Assembly: GCF_000143415.4 (NCBI RefSeq)
Contig: NW_003314272.1
Coordinates: forward strand, 1,026,184-1,090,183
Length of the DNA stretch: 64,000 nucleotides
DNA from: Selaginella moellendorffii
Lineage: Eukaryota > Plantae > Lycopodiophyta
Direction: 5' to 3'
Shown here piece after piece: positions 1 through 11,825 of this stretch. The translations under genes and the position numbers were made by a program. Numbering within the stretch: the first letter of the stretch is position 1; each line of letters starts with the position of its first letter. The notes beneath the pieces are model-generated. The model made no database searches and was not told where the DNA came from. It saw only the letters and a list, made by a program, of their open reading frames with translations.

Positions 1-622
1 AGGTGGTGATGGTGATGACATCAGCGGCTTCTCACACGACTGCAGACTGGGTTTAGCGGAATACAGGCATTTCGACATTGCACTAGCTGAAACATGGCCC
101 TGACCTTCCAAGCTTCAACACACACAGCACATCCATGGGACGAGAAAATGGAGGCATAGTCATCTACCTGATCTGGGGGCTGTAGTCATCAAACAAGATG
201 AGGTGAACCAGATAATATAAAGAATTGTTATTAGTATAATTCTTTTTTGAGAATTTTTTATATTAAATAATTTTACACCATCTTAAATTTTTGCATTTTT
301 TCCACTGAGCAAGGAGCCTCTTAAATAAACTATGTAGTGTAAGATGGGGAAAATAGAATAACACTAAGTCATTCACTTTGTACTCTACAAATGGACGGTG
401 ATAAGAGTTATAGTGTTATTGTTATCCCACTTCTATACAGCTTATGTGTTCAACAAACTTTGTTTGGACAAGCGGAAAAATACTCATCAAATATTAATCC
501 CAAAACCTAGCATCGGCATCTCGTGTCAATCGCAAAGGTAAACCCAACTCCATTGGTAATATTAGATTATGACCATATACAAGTTTATATGGTGAAGCAT
601 TAATATAACTTTACATCTTTGT

Positions 623-625
<3 letters not shown>

Positions 626-663
<38 letters not shown>
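626..663. repeat. (TA)n microsatellite
   Basis: Perfect AT dinucleotide run. Confidence 0.95.
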
Positions 664-667
<4 letters not shown>

Positions 668-699
668 GAGACGGCAAATAATTATTATAATTTGAATGT

Positions 700-2909
700 T
701 GAAAGTTCATATATTTCACAATCATCCCTTTGAATGTTCGAACAAGTTGTCCACCAAACTCTCTGACTGTGGATGATAAACACCCATGAAAGTGTGGCAT
801 ATACCCAACCAAGACATCAAAATATAAAATACCTCAACCATAAATGTGAGACTATTATTTGAAAGAATTCGCTCTAGACAAGAATGTTGGAACACCATTC
901 GATTAAGAAGGAAGTATCCAATAGCAGTTGCAAATACGCTAGCAAGAACACTAACTTCCACTTAGCAAGTCAAATAATCAAAAGTAATAATAATATACTC
1001 ATTGCCATTGGTTGACATTGGAAAAGGTCCCATAAGATCAAACGCCACCAATTCAAACGGACAGAGAATTGCAATTGACTCCAACCATTCTTCCACAACA
1101 CAAGGGGAAGTATTACAAGCTTGGCACCAAACACAACTACGCACATATTGGATAATATCACGTCACATCTTTAGCCAATAGAAAGACCTGCACAACTTCT
1201 CGGTCACTGAACAATGTCTTATATGCTCACCGAGCAGTATGACCAACCAAGTTCTTGTGCATCAATAATGAGGTGACTGTAGTATGATCACCTTACAGTA
1301 ATATCCAAGAACCATGTAGATATGCATAAAGTTTCTTGAAACCCTAGACTACTACTAAACACTTTTTCTTTATCGTAAGAGTAGTTCACCTCTGCTGGTT
1401 CTGATGTATGGCTACTATATGCAATGGGATAGTGCTGATTAGGCACACTTAGGCTATCTTGCATCAACACACCTTCATAAGAAGCATTCACATGCAAAAT
1501 AAAAAGTCAAATGTATTTAAGATATGCTAAAATTGGAGGAGTAGTCAATAGGTCTTTGAGATCCATGAATGCTTGCTCATTGTCTGCAAACTATATGAAA
1601 GATGAGTTGACAATTTTAGCAACGCTCACAATGGTGAAGTGTGACCAGAAAGATAATCCACAAAACAATCAAAATATTGCACCTTACCCAGGAAGTGATA
1701 CATATCATTCACACACTTTGGAGTAAGGAACTTTAGAACAGTCACAAGTTTGTCAAGATCAACTTGCAAACCTGGGTAATATGGTACTCAAGATAAGTCA
1801 TGTCCTTGGACCCAAATATGCACTTTGACCGCTTCAGCTTTAAACCAACTTCTTGTAGCCGATCTAACATTTTACAAATATCACAAATGTGTTCCTCCCA
1901 CGTCCCCTCCGAGTGTATCAAGACATTATCTATGACGTTAGGAGTCACCTTTGGCATATCACAAAGAGCTTCGTCCATCATTTACTGGAAAGTTGTTGGA
2001 GCATTGTTAAAATCAAACAGCATCACCAAGAACTTGTATAAACCAAATGGTGTACAAAAAACAGTTTTAGGAATATTTTCTTCTGCCATCGATACTTGCC
2101 AATACCCAGAAGCAAAATCTAACTCGGTGAACCAACAACTTCCCCCTAGATGATCCAAAAAATTAGCAATGTGAGAAAGAGGGTACATATCTTGGATCGT
2201 CACTTCATTTAACGGACAATAGTCGATGCAGAAACAAATACTCACATCAGGCTTCATCATAAAATGAGGTTCACATGCTCAAGGACTTTAGGACTTTCGA
2301 ATAACATCTTTTTCCAACATCTCTTTAATGTTTGCAAGTAAAATCTTGATCTCTTTGGATGACCGATAACGAACAGAAATCTTGATTGGACGAGCATCCT
2401 CAGTTGGAATCGGATGATATATGGTAATCTTGGCCTTAGACGATAGGTCAAATTCAAAAAGATCAGCATACTCCTTTATGAGCTGGTCAACCACTGCAAC
2501 ATAAAGATTGTCAAAGGGATCGGAAAAGGAGAACAAGATGGAAATATAGGAGGAAGTAATGGCGAGACAAAAGTAATGGAAGTAAAGGTAAAAATAAAGG
2601 GATGAAGAAGTATTAAAGTAAAAGGAATGGATGAAATATAAGGAAGTATAAAACAAAAGGAAGAAGCCTCAAAATCACATTTAGCATGATTACGCTATAA
2701 CCAATCCATACAAGGATGAGGTCAAAAGCTTGACTCGGCACCACTTGCAATGACTACAACTCAAGTTCGAGATCACCCATAAGCACAATTAAATCTGCCT
2801 CATCCCATGCATATGTATTTGTATAGTTTTTGCCATAAAAAAATGAAAATTGGCTTTGCCACACAATGCAAATATAGATAGCAACATGTGGTAATAGGCC
2901 AAACAATAG
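700..2909 (-). mobile_element. Degenerate Ty3/gypsy retrotransposon, pol remnant (outermost element, left part)
   Basis: Broken ORFs with RT (CIDY..LNEVTIQDMYPL, LDFASGYWQV, TPFGLYKF..M.F), RNaseH (PIAYSS..AEVNYS) and integrase (C..CQ, FDLMGPFP...DYLT, YHPQS) motifs, with many stops and frameshifts. Confidence 0.9.
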
Positions 2910-3290
2910 TGTAAGCCACAAATTTTTCCTTTCCAATTTGCCAGCTTACCTCGTCTATCCGACCAACTCCGCCTTGGCTTGTGCTAAGTTCCCTCGCCAA
3001 GGTTCTCGCCTATGGTACCAGCTCCTACTTGGTCCTACTTGGTTTCAGCTACTCACTGCACGAGCAACGGAGTGTTAGCCATCCATCTACGGATTCCCAA
3101 ATCTCTCCCAATCCCCCTCCTCGGGTTCGACTAGACTTAAGGTTCGGCTACACTCCCCGCAGGCACAAGCAGCCAAGCACACCAAGCCTCCAGATTCCTA
3201 ACACCCCAAGGTACCACAAGACTTGATCATGGGACCCTCTAAATCCCAAGCCTTGGGTGCAGCACTTGCTCCGGGACGTCGGGGCAAAAC
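2910..3290 (-). repeat. Chromovirus 3' LTR, part 1 (split by nested insertion)
   Basis: Matches 16656-17046 apart from a few SNPs and one 10-bp CCTACTTGGT unit. Confidence 0.95.
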
Positions 3291-4778
3291 TGTGAGACAC
3301 AAAATCCCTAGGCCCCAAAGTGGAGCCGGAAGGGCGCCACATGGTAGTGGCCGAAGCGAGAGCCAAACGAGCGTAACACGTTTGGACCAAAAGCTCCGAC
3401 TTGGAAAGTCAAGAGTGGGAGTGGAACTCCCAACGAAGTGCTCGAGGAACGAGCACGAAGCGAGCAAAAGGCAAGGCTCCAAAAAGGGACCCAAAAGGAC
3501 CAACACATGACACGTGGGAGTGTCCGAGATGGACTCGAGATGGAGTCCGAGATGGAGTCCGAGATGGACCCGAGATGGAGTCCGAGATGGAGTCCGAGAT
3601 GGAGTTCGAGGCGGACCCGAGATGGACCCGAGTTGGAGTCCGAGATGGAGTCCGAGATGGAGTCCGAGGTGGACCCGAGATGGACCCGAAATGGAGTCCG
3701 AGATGGAGTCCGAGATGGACCCGAGATGGAGTCCGAGATGGAGTCCGAAATGGAGTCTGAGGTGGACCCAAGATGGACCCGAAATGGAGTCCGAGATGGA
3801 GTCCGAGATGGACCCGAGATGGAGTCCGAGATGGAGTCCGAGATGGACCCGAAATGGACCCGAGATGGAGTCCGAGATGGAGTCCGAGATGGAGTCCGAA
3901 GTCGAGACCGAGACCGGAACCGAGACCGGGACCGAGACCGGGACCGAGACCGAGACCGAGACCGAGACCAAGGCCGAGGCCTAGACCGAGCCCGAGCCCG
4001 AGTCCGAGTCCGAATCCGAGTCCGAGTCCGAGTCCGAGTCCGAGTCCGAGTCCGAGTCCGAGTCCGGAGCCTGAGAGGGTGAAAGCCCAAAGCGTTCGTC
4101 TCCCAGACCCTGGGGGGTTTGGTGAGCTCCAAAAGTATAGTAGGGGGAGGACTGCAGTGGAGCCAGTTTGGCCAGGAAAGGCCAGTTTGGCCCAGGAAGG
4201 CCGGACCCAGTGTTGGGTGATGAGCTGCCCACTGGGAAGTCCAAGACTAGAGTGAACACGGACCGACAAGCGGGGTAGCTTGGTGAAGTGTTCAAGAGCC
4301 GGCTCTAGTTCCCCCGGGAGATCGACTGGCCGATGCTCCCAGTCCAAGTGTGGGTGGCACTACCTACTTGGATACCAGGCGTGGCTCAACGGAACCTCGC
4401 TCTAAGCCCATGGCTAGAGCACCTAAAGGCGATAGGTGGGGAGAGTACCCAGGTGGCTCGCGTAAGGCCACGGTGTTCCGAAATGTTGTCCCAAAGGCCC
4501 AGACTGTGGAAAGGAAGAGGAGCAGTCCTCCGGGGTAGTGACCAAGGACACAGTCATGTGGTGAGGAAGTCCCAGAGGACCGTGGGACTTAGTGGTCGGG
4601 CCTGTGGGTCTCAATCCAGTGGCAGTGTTGGCAAACACGACCAGGGGCAGAAAGGGACTTAGTGGGGACTGACAGAGGGATATTGGGGAAGGCTATCCCC
4701 TTGTCGGTGGGCATCCTAAGGATGCTAAGGAGTGGATCTGAGATGACCACTCACGGATGGTTTGCCTAGTCTTGGAGA
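3291..4778 (+). repeat. LTR of nested element, plus orientation (runs into N gap)
   Basis: Reverse complement of ~5010-6658. Confidence 0.9.
3519..4066. repeat. Tandem 12-mer (GAGATGGAGTCC) and 6-mer (GAGACC/GAGTCC) arrays within LTR
   Basis: Seen directly; source of the low-complexity ORFs in all frames. Confidence 0.95.
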
Positions 4779-4892
4779 NNNNNNNNNNNNNNNNNNNNNN
4801 NNNNNNNNNNNNNNNNNNNNNNNNNNNNNNNNNNNNNNNNNNNNNNNNNNNNNNNNNNNNNNNNNNNNNNNNNNNNNNNNNNNNNNNNNNNN
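4779..4892. other. Assembly gap (114 N) at the centre of a long inverted repeat
   Basis: N run. Confidence 1.
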
Positions 4893-6658
4893 TCGGACAC
4901 ATGGAGCACTTGGACCAAGTGCAAATGTTGAGTGGCATGGATGCCATTCTCGGGGCTAGCAAGTCCCAAGTCCTGGATTGGACTTATGGAGGTTGTGAAT
5001 TTGTGGCTCCCCAAGACTAGGCAAACCATCCGTGAGTGGTCATCTCAGATCCACTCCTTAGCATCCTTAGGATGCCCACCGACAAGGGGATAGCCTTCCC
5101 CAATATCCCTCTGTCAGTCCCCACTAAGTCCCTTTCTGCCCCTGGTCGTGTTTGCCAACATTGCCACTGGATCAAGACCCACAGGCCCGACCACTAAGTC
5201 CCACGGTCCTCTGGGACTTCCTCACCACATGACTGTGTCCTTGGTCACTACCCCGGAGGACTGCTCCTCTTCCTTTCCACAGTCTGGGCCTTTGGGACAA
5301 CATTTCGGAACACCGTGGCCTTACGCGAGCCACCTGGGTACTCTCCCCACCTATCGCCTTTAGGTGCTCTAGCCATGGGCTTAGAGCGAGGTTCCGTTGA
5401 GCCACGCCTGGTATCCAAGTAGGTAGTGCCACCCACACTTGGACTGGGAGCATCGGCCAGTCGATCTCCTGGGGGAACTAGAGCCGGCTCTTGAACACTT
5501 CACCAAGCTACCCCGCTTGTCGGTCCGTGTTCACTCTAGTCTTGGACTTCCCAGTGGGCAGCTCATCACCCAACACTGGGTCCGGCCTTCCTGGGCCAAA
5601 CTGGCCTTTCCTGGCCAAACTGGCTCCACTGCAGTCCTCCCCCTACTATACTTTTGGAGCTCACCAAACCCCCCAGGGTCTGGGAGACGAACGCTTTGGG
5701 CTTTCACCCTCTCAGGCTCCGGACTCGGACTCGGACTCGGACTCGGACTCGGACTCGGACTCGGACTCGGACTCGGACTCGGACTCGGACTCGGACTCGG
5801 ACTCGGACTCGGACTCGGACTCGGACTCGGACTCGGACTCGGACTCGGACTCGGACTCGGACTCGGACTCGGACTCGGACTCGGACTCGGACTCGGACTC
5901 GGACTCGGACTCGGACTCGGACTCGGACTCGGACTCGGACTCGGACTCGGACTCGGACTCGGACTCGGATTCGGGCTCGGGCTCGGTCTAGGCCTCGGCC
6001 TTGGTCTCGGTCTCGGTCTCGGTCTCGGTCCCGGTCTCGGTCCCAGTCTCGGTTCCGGTCTCGGTCTCGACTTCGGACTCCATCTCGGACTCCATCTCGG
6101 ACTCCATCTCGGGTCCATTTCGGGTCCATCTCGGACTCCATCTCGGACTCCATCTCGGGTCCATCTCGGACTCCATCTCGGACTCCATTTCGGGTCCATC
6201 TTGGGTCCACCTCAGACTCCATCTCGGACTCCATCTCGGACTCCATCTCGGACTCCATTTCGGGTCTATCTCGGGTCCACCTCGGACTCCATCTCGGACT
6301 CCATCTCGGACTCCAACTCGGGTCCATCTCGGGTCCGCCTCGGACTCCATCTCGGACTCCATCTCGGACTCCATCTCGGGTCCATCTCGGACTCCATCTC
6401 GGACTCCATCTCGAGTCCATCTCGGACACTCCCACGTGTCATGTGTTGGTCCTTTTGGGTCCCTTTTTGGAGCTTTGCCTTTTGCTCGCTTCGTGCTCGT
6501 TCCTCGAGCACTTCGTTGGGAGTTCCACTCCCGCTCTTGACTTTCCAAGTCGGAGCTTTTGGTCCAAACGTGTTACGCTCGTTTGGCTCTCGCTTCGGCC
6601 ACTACCATGTGGCGCCCTTCCGGCTCCACTTTGGGGCCTAGGGATTTTGTGTCTCACA
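4893..6658 (-). repeat. LTR of nested element, minus orientation (PPT-adjacent, 3' LTR)
   Basis: Ends GTCTCACA, directly followed by the PPT complement ACTCCACCACCC. Confidence 0.9.
5720..6430. repeat. Expanded (GGACTC)~42 array plus 12-mer array within LTR
   Basis: Seen directly. Confidence 0.95.
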
Positions 6659-6670
6659 ACTCCACCACCC
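6659..6670 (-). promoter_or_regulatory. Polypurine tract of nested element
   Basis: GGGTGGTGGAGT abutting LTR; identical to the host PPT. Confidence 0.85.
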
Positions 6671-8020
6671 ATAGACGAAGTTCGATGTCCTCATCGAACG
6701 GTAAACCCTTTCATAAAGTAACACCCACACGTGTTACCATTTCCATCCTTGGCACCTAGCCAATCTTTGTCTATGGTTTGACATCAAAGGCTCACCATGC
6801 CTTGTCCATCCTTTAAGGAGCGTAGTCTCTCTAACTTAGAGACTGATTGGACCACATGTAATGGTTCTCCCCTTTTATTGGTTTAGTTCTCGCTAAACCT
6901 CTTAGAGACCCTTCTCTAAGTCAATCCCACTACTCCTTCTCGAGTAGTCTCAATTTCCATCTATTGAATGTTTGCACCTTGGAACTTTTACTCTTTTGAC
7001 TTTTTGGGAGTCAATTTCCTAGGTGTCTCCAACACCTTGCATTGCACAGATTGTGCAACTCCACTTCCCTATCCTAGGAAGTTCATTACTTGAGGGCACC
7101 ATCATCCTCTCTTCTATTTCGTGCCACTTTGGGCACTAAGTTCCATTTATCATACTTTGTGCTAGGGCTGTCCATGGCCCTATCATTTGGCTACCTTACC
7201 GCTCCCTCACTTGGAGCCTTTACTTCGCCAAATTGGAGCACTTAGGAATCCGTCCTTGAAAGTCCGCTTCCTTTCCCACAAGCTGTTAGCATCGAACATA
7301 TTAGTGTTCCTTGGCTAACTTTGCCATTTGGATCCCTTCCATTAAATTCCATGGCCCAAACTTTGGCCACTAGTCCTTTGCTCCTATCCTTGATTGTTGC
7401 ACCCAGCAACATCGGATTGCTACCTCCATTTTTGAGGTATTCTTTTGGTTCCATAACAAAGACTCTTCTTTGCCAAGTCCGGAGGATGTTCACCCCTAGT
7501 ATGTCTCTTTAGCATATTCTGCTATGGGCTCTATCCATGGCCCAACTTCGTGACCCTCCCATGGGTCTTTTATAGAGACTACTTTCCTCGGACTCACTAT
7601 GCCATCGGACGGACATAGTTTATTTCCCTTAGGTGCTCTTCCCACTTGGTCATCGCGACCAAGCCACACCATCTTAAACAGTTCAATTTCAACATTTTGA
7701 ACCAGGAACTTCATTCCTTAGCCAACCAAGGACCTTGTCCTTATCTGGCCATAAGATCACCTAGTGATCTCACCTTGGCACCTTAACAGAGTTGCCAAGA
7801 GGTACTTGGTCTTCTAGACCTCCAAGTTGTTGACTATAACCCCGGGGGCATCCCCCACACTTGGCGGTGCACCCAAGCTAGCCCTTACGGCCAAGGGTTC
7901 ATAGCAACTGAGATTAGGTGTCCCCATCTCACTCACCACGACCTTGGTGCCACTTGCACCAAAGCGTTCAAGTTAGATATGCCGAGCTTTCACACTAAGC
8001 AATCTAACCGTGCATCACGA

Positions 8021-8250
8021 CTCCGAGGCATCCCTCGCTTGGCGGTGTGCCCAAACCAGTCTCCCCACTAAGAGTCCATGACCACCGAAATATGAGTGTC
8101 CTCATATTCCAAACCATCACCACGCCCTAGTGATTTGGGACTCGAACCCAAGCACTAGAGGGTCGGGACTCGAACCCAACCTCCGTATATGCATCTACGG
8201 ACGGCATCACACTAGATGCCTGGCGTGACTCCCCACGCCGGTGCACCAAC
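8021..8250 (-). other. Putative structured cis-RNA of nested element (partial second copy at 7841-7945)
   Basis: Homologous to 11497-11750, with compensatory changes in stems. Confidence 0.6.
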
Positions 8251-10560
8251 CTATTTTTAAAGCGCGCTACAGATCACAGCTTAGAAACCTAGTTCCTCCA
8301 CACTGCCAAGTCCTCTCACTTGACATGTCTATGATCATGCATGGACTCCTCCATGCTCGGCCCCCTGGCCCACCCTTTTTGAAGATATCACCTTCAACTA
8401 GGGTCTTTGTTCCCCCGACGTGCCAATCTCACTTGGCAAGTCCTCCGACCATTGTAACATGGTTCCTGCATAAGCGTGAAAGTCCTTGACCATCGACTTT
8501 CGTTCAAAGCCCTCTCTTTGAACACTCGGGAACTACTTCCCTAACCTTGATAACCTTGCCTCATGGCAAGCTTCAAGACCACGCTTCTGCTGCGCCACTC
8601 TGATTTCGCGCGTTCCATGAACCATTTACACTTGGCCTTTCTAGGTACTACGCTACCTAGAATCGTCTTTTGGGAACTTTGAAGGAACTCTGTCCCTCAG
8701 CTTGCTAAGGCATCCCCTTTCGCAAGCTTTATAGTTGCCATATAGTCTAACATGGACAATTCCATATTTTAGACTCTCCATGGCATCACGGTTGCTAGCA
8801 ACAACATCCTCGAGCACCCTCTTGATTCTCCACTCCCAACTTTCATAACCACTGTTGGATATGCCCTTTGATTTCTATGGTTCAGTTCCATCCCAACACT
8901 ACTTGCCTTTGGCTTCACACCTTTCCTTCGGTCATTCTCCTCCAGACCAGGAGGATAGCTTTGCACTTTCTATCATGCCTTAGCAAGTATTCTTAGGGAT
9001 GAACCTACCCAATAGCCCAGGGAGTGGTTCCTCAATCCGGGTATGCTCAGCTTATAATCCCACACACTGGGGTTACATTGTTGCTTATGGGCCTTTACAT
9101 GCCCATCACTAGCCTTGCCAAAATTCCATTTTTGGCTTTGTCCAACTTGGGTAGACAGTCCTCTCCTGTCTCCGCAAACTTGGACATTTGGATAGCACCT
9201 TCTATCCATCATTCGCTAGGGACTTAGTCCCTTGGGCTTTATCCATTGCCCTCGCGATATCAAACACCACCTTCTGGTGTTCTAGAGTGTTCGGGTGTCT
9301 CAATGATGGCTTTCTTGACAATGAGTATTTCCTTTTATGACATTGACTTACTATATCGCAATATAAGAAACTTATCCCCCATAAGGGTATATCCGACTTC
9401 CCTATACTAGAAGTCTTGGGTAGTTACCTTCTACCTGTTTAATCAGTTATTTTGCACCTCTTGCTTAGTTGCCTCATAGTTGTCAAGTCCTACAACTCAT
9501 TGCTTGGTGCTTTCACACCTCCATCACTATCTGGGTCACCACACTCCAACTGCATGCTCTGCAGCTTAAGCTATGCCATTCCCATTTCCATTGGGATTCC
9601 TTTGGCAAGGGGTTCTCATGAACCCACCAACATAGCCTCAAGGTATCACACCTTGGCACATTTGGTGTCTCCACACCATCGGCTCCACGAGCCTACCTCT
9701 ATGACATTTCCCTTCGTGTCTAAGTCTTTGCCAAGACCAACACCGCTCTTTCTCATGCCAACCATCTGTTAGCACTGCCCCATAGAGGTCACACACAACT
9801 TTATGTCAAAGTTGTTTTCTTATGGGAACACCTTTCCCATAACTTTAGCATGGCACATTTTGCCATCGATGAGATACTCTCTGTTCTCATCCTTGGATCC
9901 TATGATCCCCCCCCATCCTTTGTGGGGTACAACACACCTCAGTCCAAATGCTTCATTCAGTCCTTTTTAGGACTCTACTTGAGTCGTCTAACAGTTTTGG
10001 ACTTGGTTAATCCACCGACCCGTAAGGTCCTACTTGTGAGGCACTAGCTCACTGGAATACACATCTTGCATTCCGGTCCTACTCAAAAGGACTATTTTCA
10101 CAAGTGTTACTCCGACACTTGATTTTGTTCTCTGGGGGCAACCTTTGCCCCTTAGGACTACTTGTCCATGTGATGAGAATACCAACTCATCCACTTAATA
10201 CACCCCCAACTCCTTGGGTTGTTCCAGCATTTATTAGAGGTAGCCCCGGCTACCATTTCAAGGACTTGAGTCCTCTTCCGTATTTGACCTTCCACGGTCA
10301 TTACCTTTGGTCTCACATTCATGAGCACCAACCTCAACTATATGAGGAAAACCTTGCACTGTTCCCAAGATCCCAAAGTCGTTCCATTATTGGCCCTTTT
10401 CTATCCACCACCTCGTCTACAAGTTCACACATGAACTGTAATGGAGAGCCATGTCTTCCCGACTTGCTACTCCTCAAGGATAGGTCCACTCCTCGGACCT
10501 TCCGATGCCAACACTAGTGGTGATATACTTGAGCACCAATAAAAGTCGGACTAAGGAATA

Positions 10561-10572
10561 GCTCCGATACCA
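10561..10572 (-). promoter_or_regulatory. Primer-binding site (tRNA-iMet type) of nested element
   Basis: TGGTATCGGAGC on minus strand vs plant consensus TGGTATCAGAGC. Confidence 0.85.
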
Positions 10573-10573
10573 G

Positions 10574-10617
10574 AGGGTTTAGGGTTAGGGTTTAGGGTTT
10601 AGGGTTTAGGGTTTAGG
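10574..10617 (+). repeat. Interstitial telomeric repeat (TTTAGGG)~6
   Basis: AGGGTTT units, one of them AGGGTT. Confidence 0.95.
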
Positions 10618-10640
10618 AAAATTTAGTCGCTTACAAAAAC

Positions 10641-11422
10641 ACCGTGGCCTAACGGCCCGGTATGGGTACCTCTACCCCCCCTCTTCCATCCCGAAGGGAA
10701 GGCCCAAGCCCCTAGGAAGGGCGAGGACCAATGAGCCACAAGGTACTCAAGTGGGGCACCACTCCACCTGAGTCGGGAGCACCGCAGTCGGTTTCCCTTT
10801 CGGGAGTGGGAGCTGCTCTTGAGCACTTCCCTGGGTGGCCCCTCCGGCATCACACAAGCCCATGCTCACTCCCACCCAAGGCCCCTCGGCCCCAGTCTCA
10901 ACCTCAAGTCAGTTTGGAAGCACCACTGGAGAGTTCCTTCAAGACTGGTTCCTGGACCTCTCTATCCCTACTATACTTTTGGAACCCCCTGCAGCCCCCC
11001 CCCCCCTGGGAGACGCACGCTTTGGGCTTTCACCCCTTGACCCGTATTAGTATTTGGACTTAGTCTCTGGCTCGATCTCGGACCCGATTTCGGATCCGAC
11101 TTCGGATTCGGTCTCGGACTCGATCTCGGACTTCATCTCGGACTCGATCTCGGACTCGACCTCGGACTCGACCTCGGACTCGGTCTCGGACCCGATTTCG
11201 GATCTCGGACTCCGTCTCGAACTCGGTCTTGAACTCGGACTCGAACTCGGTCCCCGAGTCGGTCTCTATGGATTCGATTCCGGACTCTATCTCGAACTCG
11301 GTCCTAGAGTCGGTCTTGGACTCAATCCTCGACTTGGTCCCATCCGATGAACTCTTTGTCATTTCGGTCAAGCTTTTGGGGATCCTTTAGCCTACGACAT
11401 CTCGGGGAGTCGGTTCCTTACA
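10641..11422 (-). repeat. Chromovirus 3' LTR, part 2
   Basis: Matches 17047-17830; ends CCTTACA next to the PPT. Confidence 0.95.
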
Positions 11423-11434
11423 ACTCCACCACCC
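11423..11434 (-). promoter_or_regulatory. Polypurine tract of chromovirus
   Basis: GGGTGGTGGAGT abutting the 3' LTR. Confidence 0.85.
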
Positions 11435-11443
11435 ATAGAAGAA

Positions 11444-11750
11444 GTTCGATGCCCACATCGAACGTCTCGTTTTATCCTACGACTTGTTGACCATGTCTCC
11501 GGGGGCATCCCCCCACTTAGCGGTGTGCCTAAGTTAGCGTCCCCGGCCAAGAGCCCATGACAACGGAATATAGGTGTCCCTATACTCCTCACCTCACCAC
11601 GCCCTAGTATGGGGTCGGGACTTGAACCCAGCCTTGCTTTACTAGGGGGTTGGGACTCGAACCCAACCTCCGTAGAATACATCTACGGATTCAACATCCC
11701 CGCGGGGAGTCGGGCGTAGTGCCCTACGCCTGGTTGACCTATCCAACCCA
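11444..11750 (-). other. Putative structured cis-RNA (hairpin array) in chromovirus 3'UTR
   Basis: About 9 successive stem-loops, including two GGGTTC(G/A)AGTCCC T-loop-like hairpins. Confidence 0.6.
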
Positions 11751-11825
11751 TGCTAATTAGCTTACCTTTGGCGCGCCTTCAGGTCCCAACATATGCCACT
11801 TGCTCAACTTTGCAAATTGATATTT

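Larger units (their letters stand above)
3291..10635. mobile_element. Nested non-autonomous (LARD-like) LTR element, internally inverted
   Basis: TGTGAG...CTTACA termini; TSD AAAAC at 3286-3290 and 10636-10640; PBS, PPT and 3'UTR homologous to the host chromovirus; no intact ORF, only weak gag-like remnants near 10200-10450. Confidence 0.85.

Noticed and set aside
333-439. Imperfect inverted repeat (AATAACACTA/TAGTGTTATT), possible MITE
   Set aside because: Too short and degenerate; no clear TSD
3519-3900. CRISPR-like repeat array
   Set aside because: Contiguous tandem units without unique spacers, no cas genes, eukaryotic context
3198-6721. Many long ORFs with DS, RT, LG, SPRW or ESEM repeats (resembling Sdr adhesins or SR proteins)
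   Set aside because: By-product of stop-free 6/12-mer arrays in LTRs; open in nearly all frames on both strands
10574-10617. True chromosome end or telomere fusion site
   Set aside because: Only ~6 units in one orientation, enclosed within a TSD-flanked insertion
11610-11670. tRNA genes or tRNA-derived SINE
   Set aside because: Only T-arm-like hairpins; no A-box/D-arm, anticodon arm or acceptor stem found
6659-11750. Hammerhead ribozyme / retrozyme
   Set aside because: No CUGANGA...GAAA core with suitable stems found by eye on either strand
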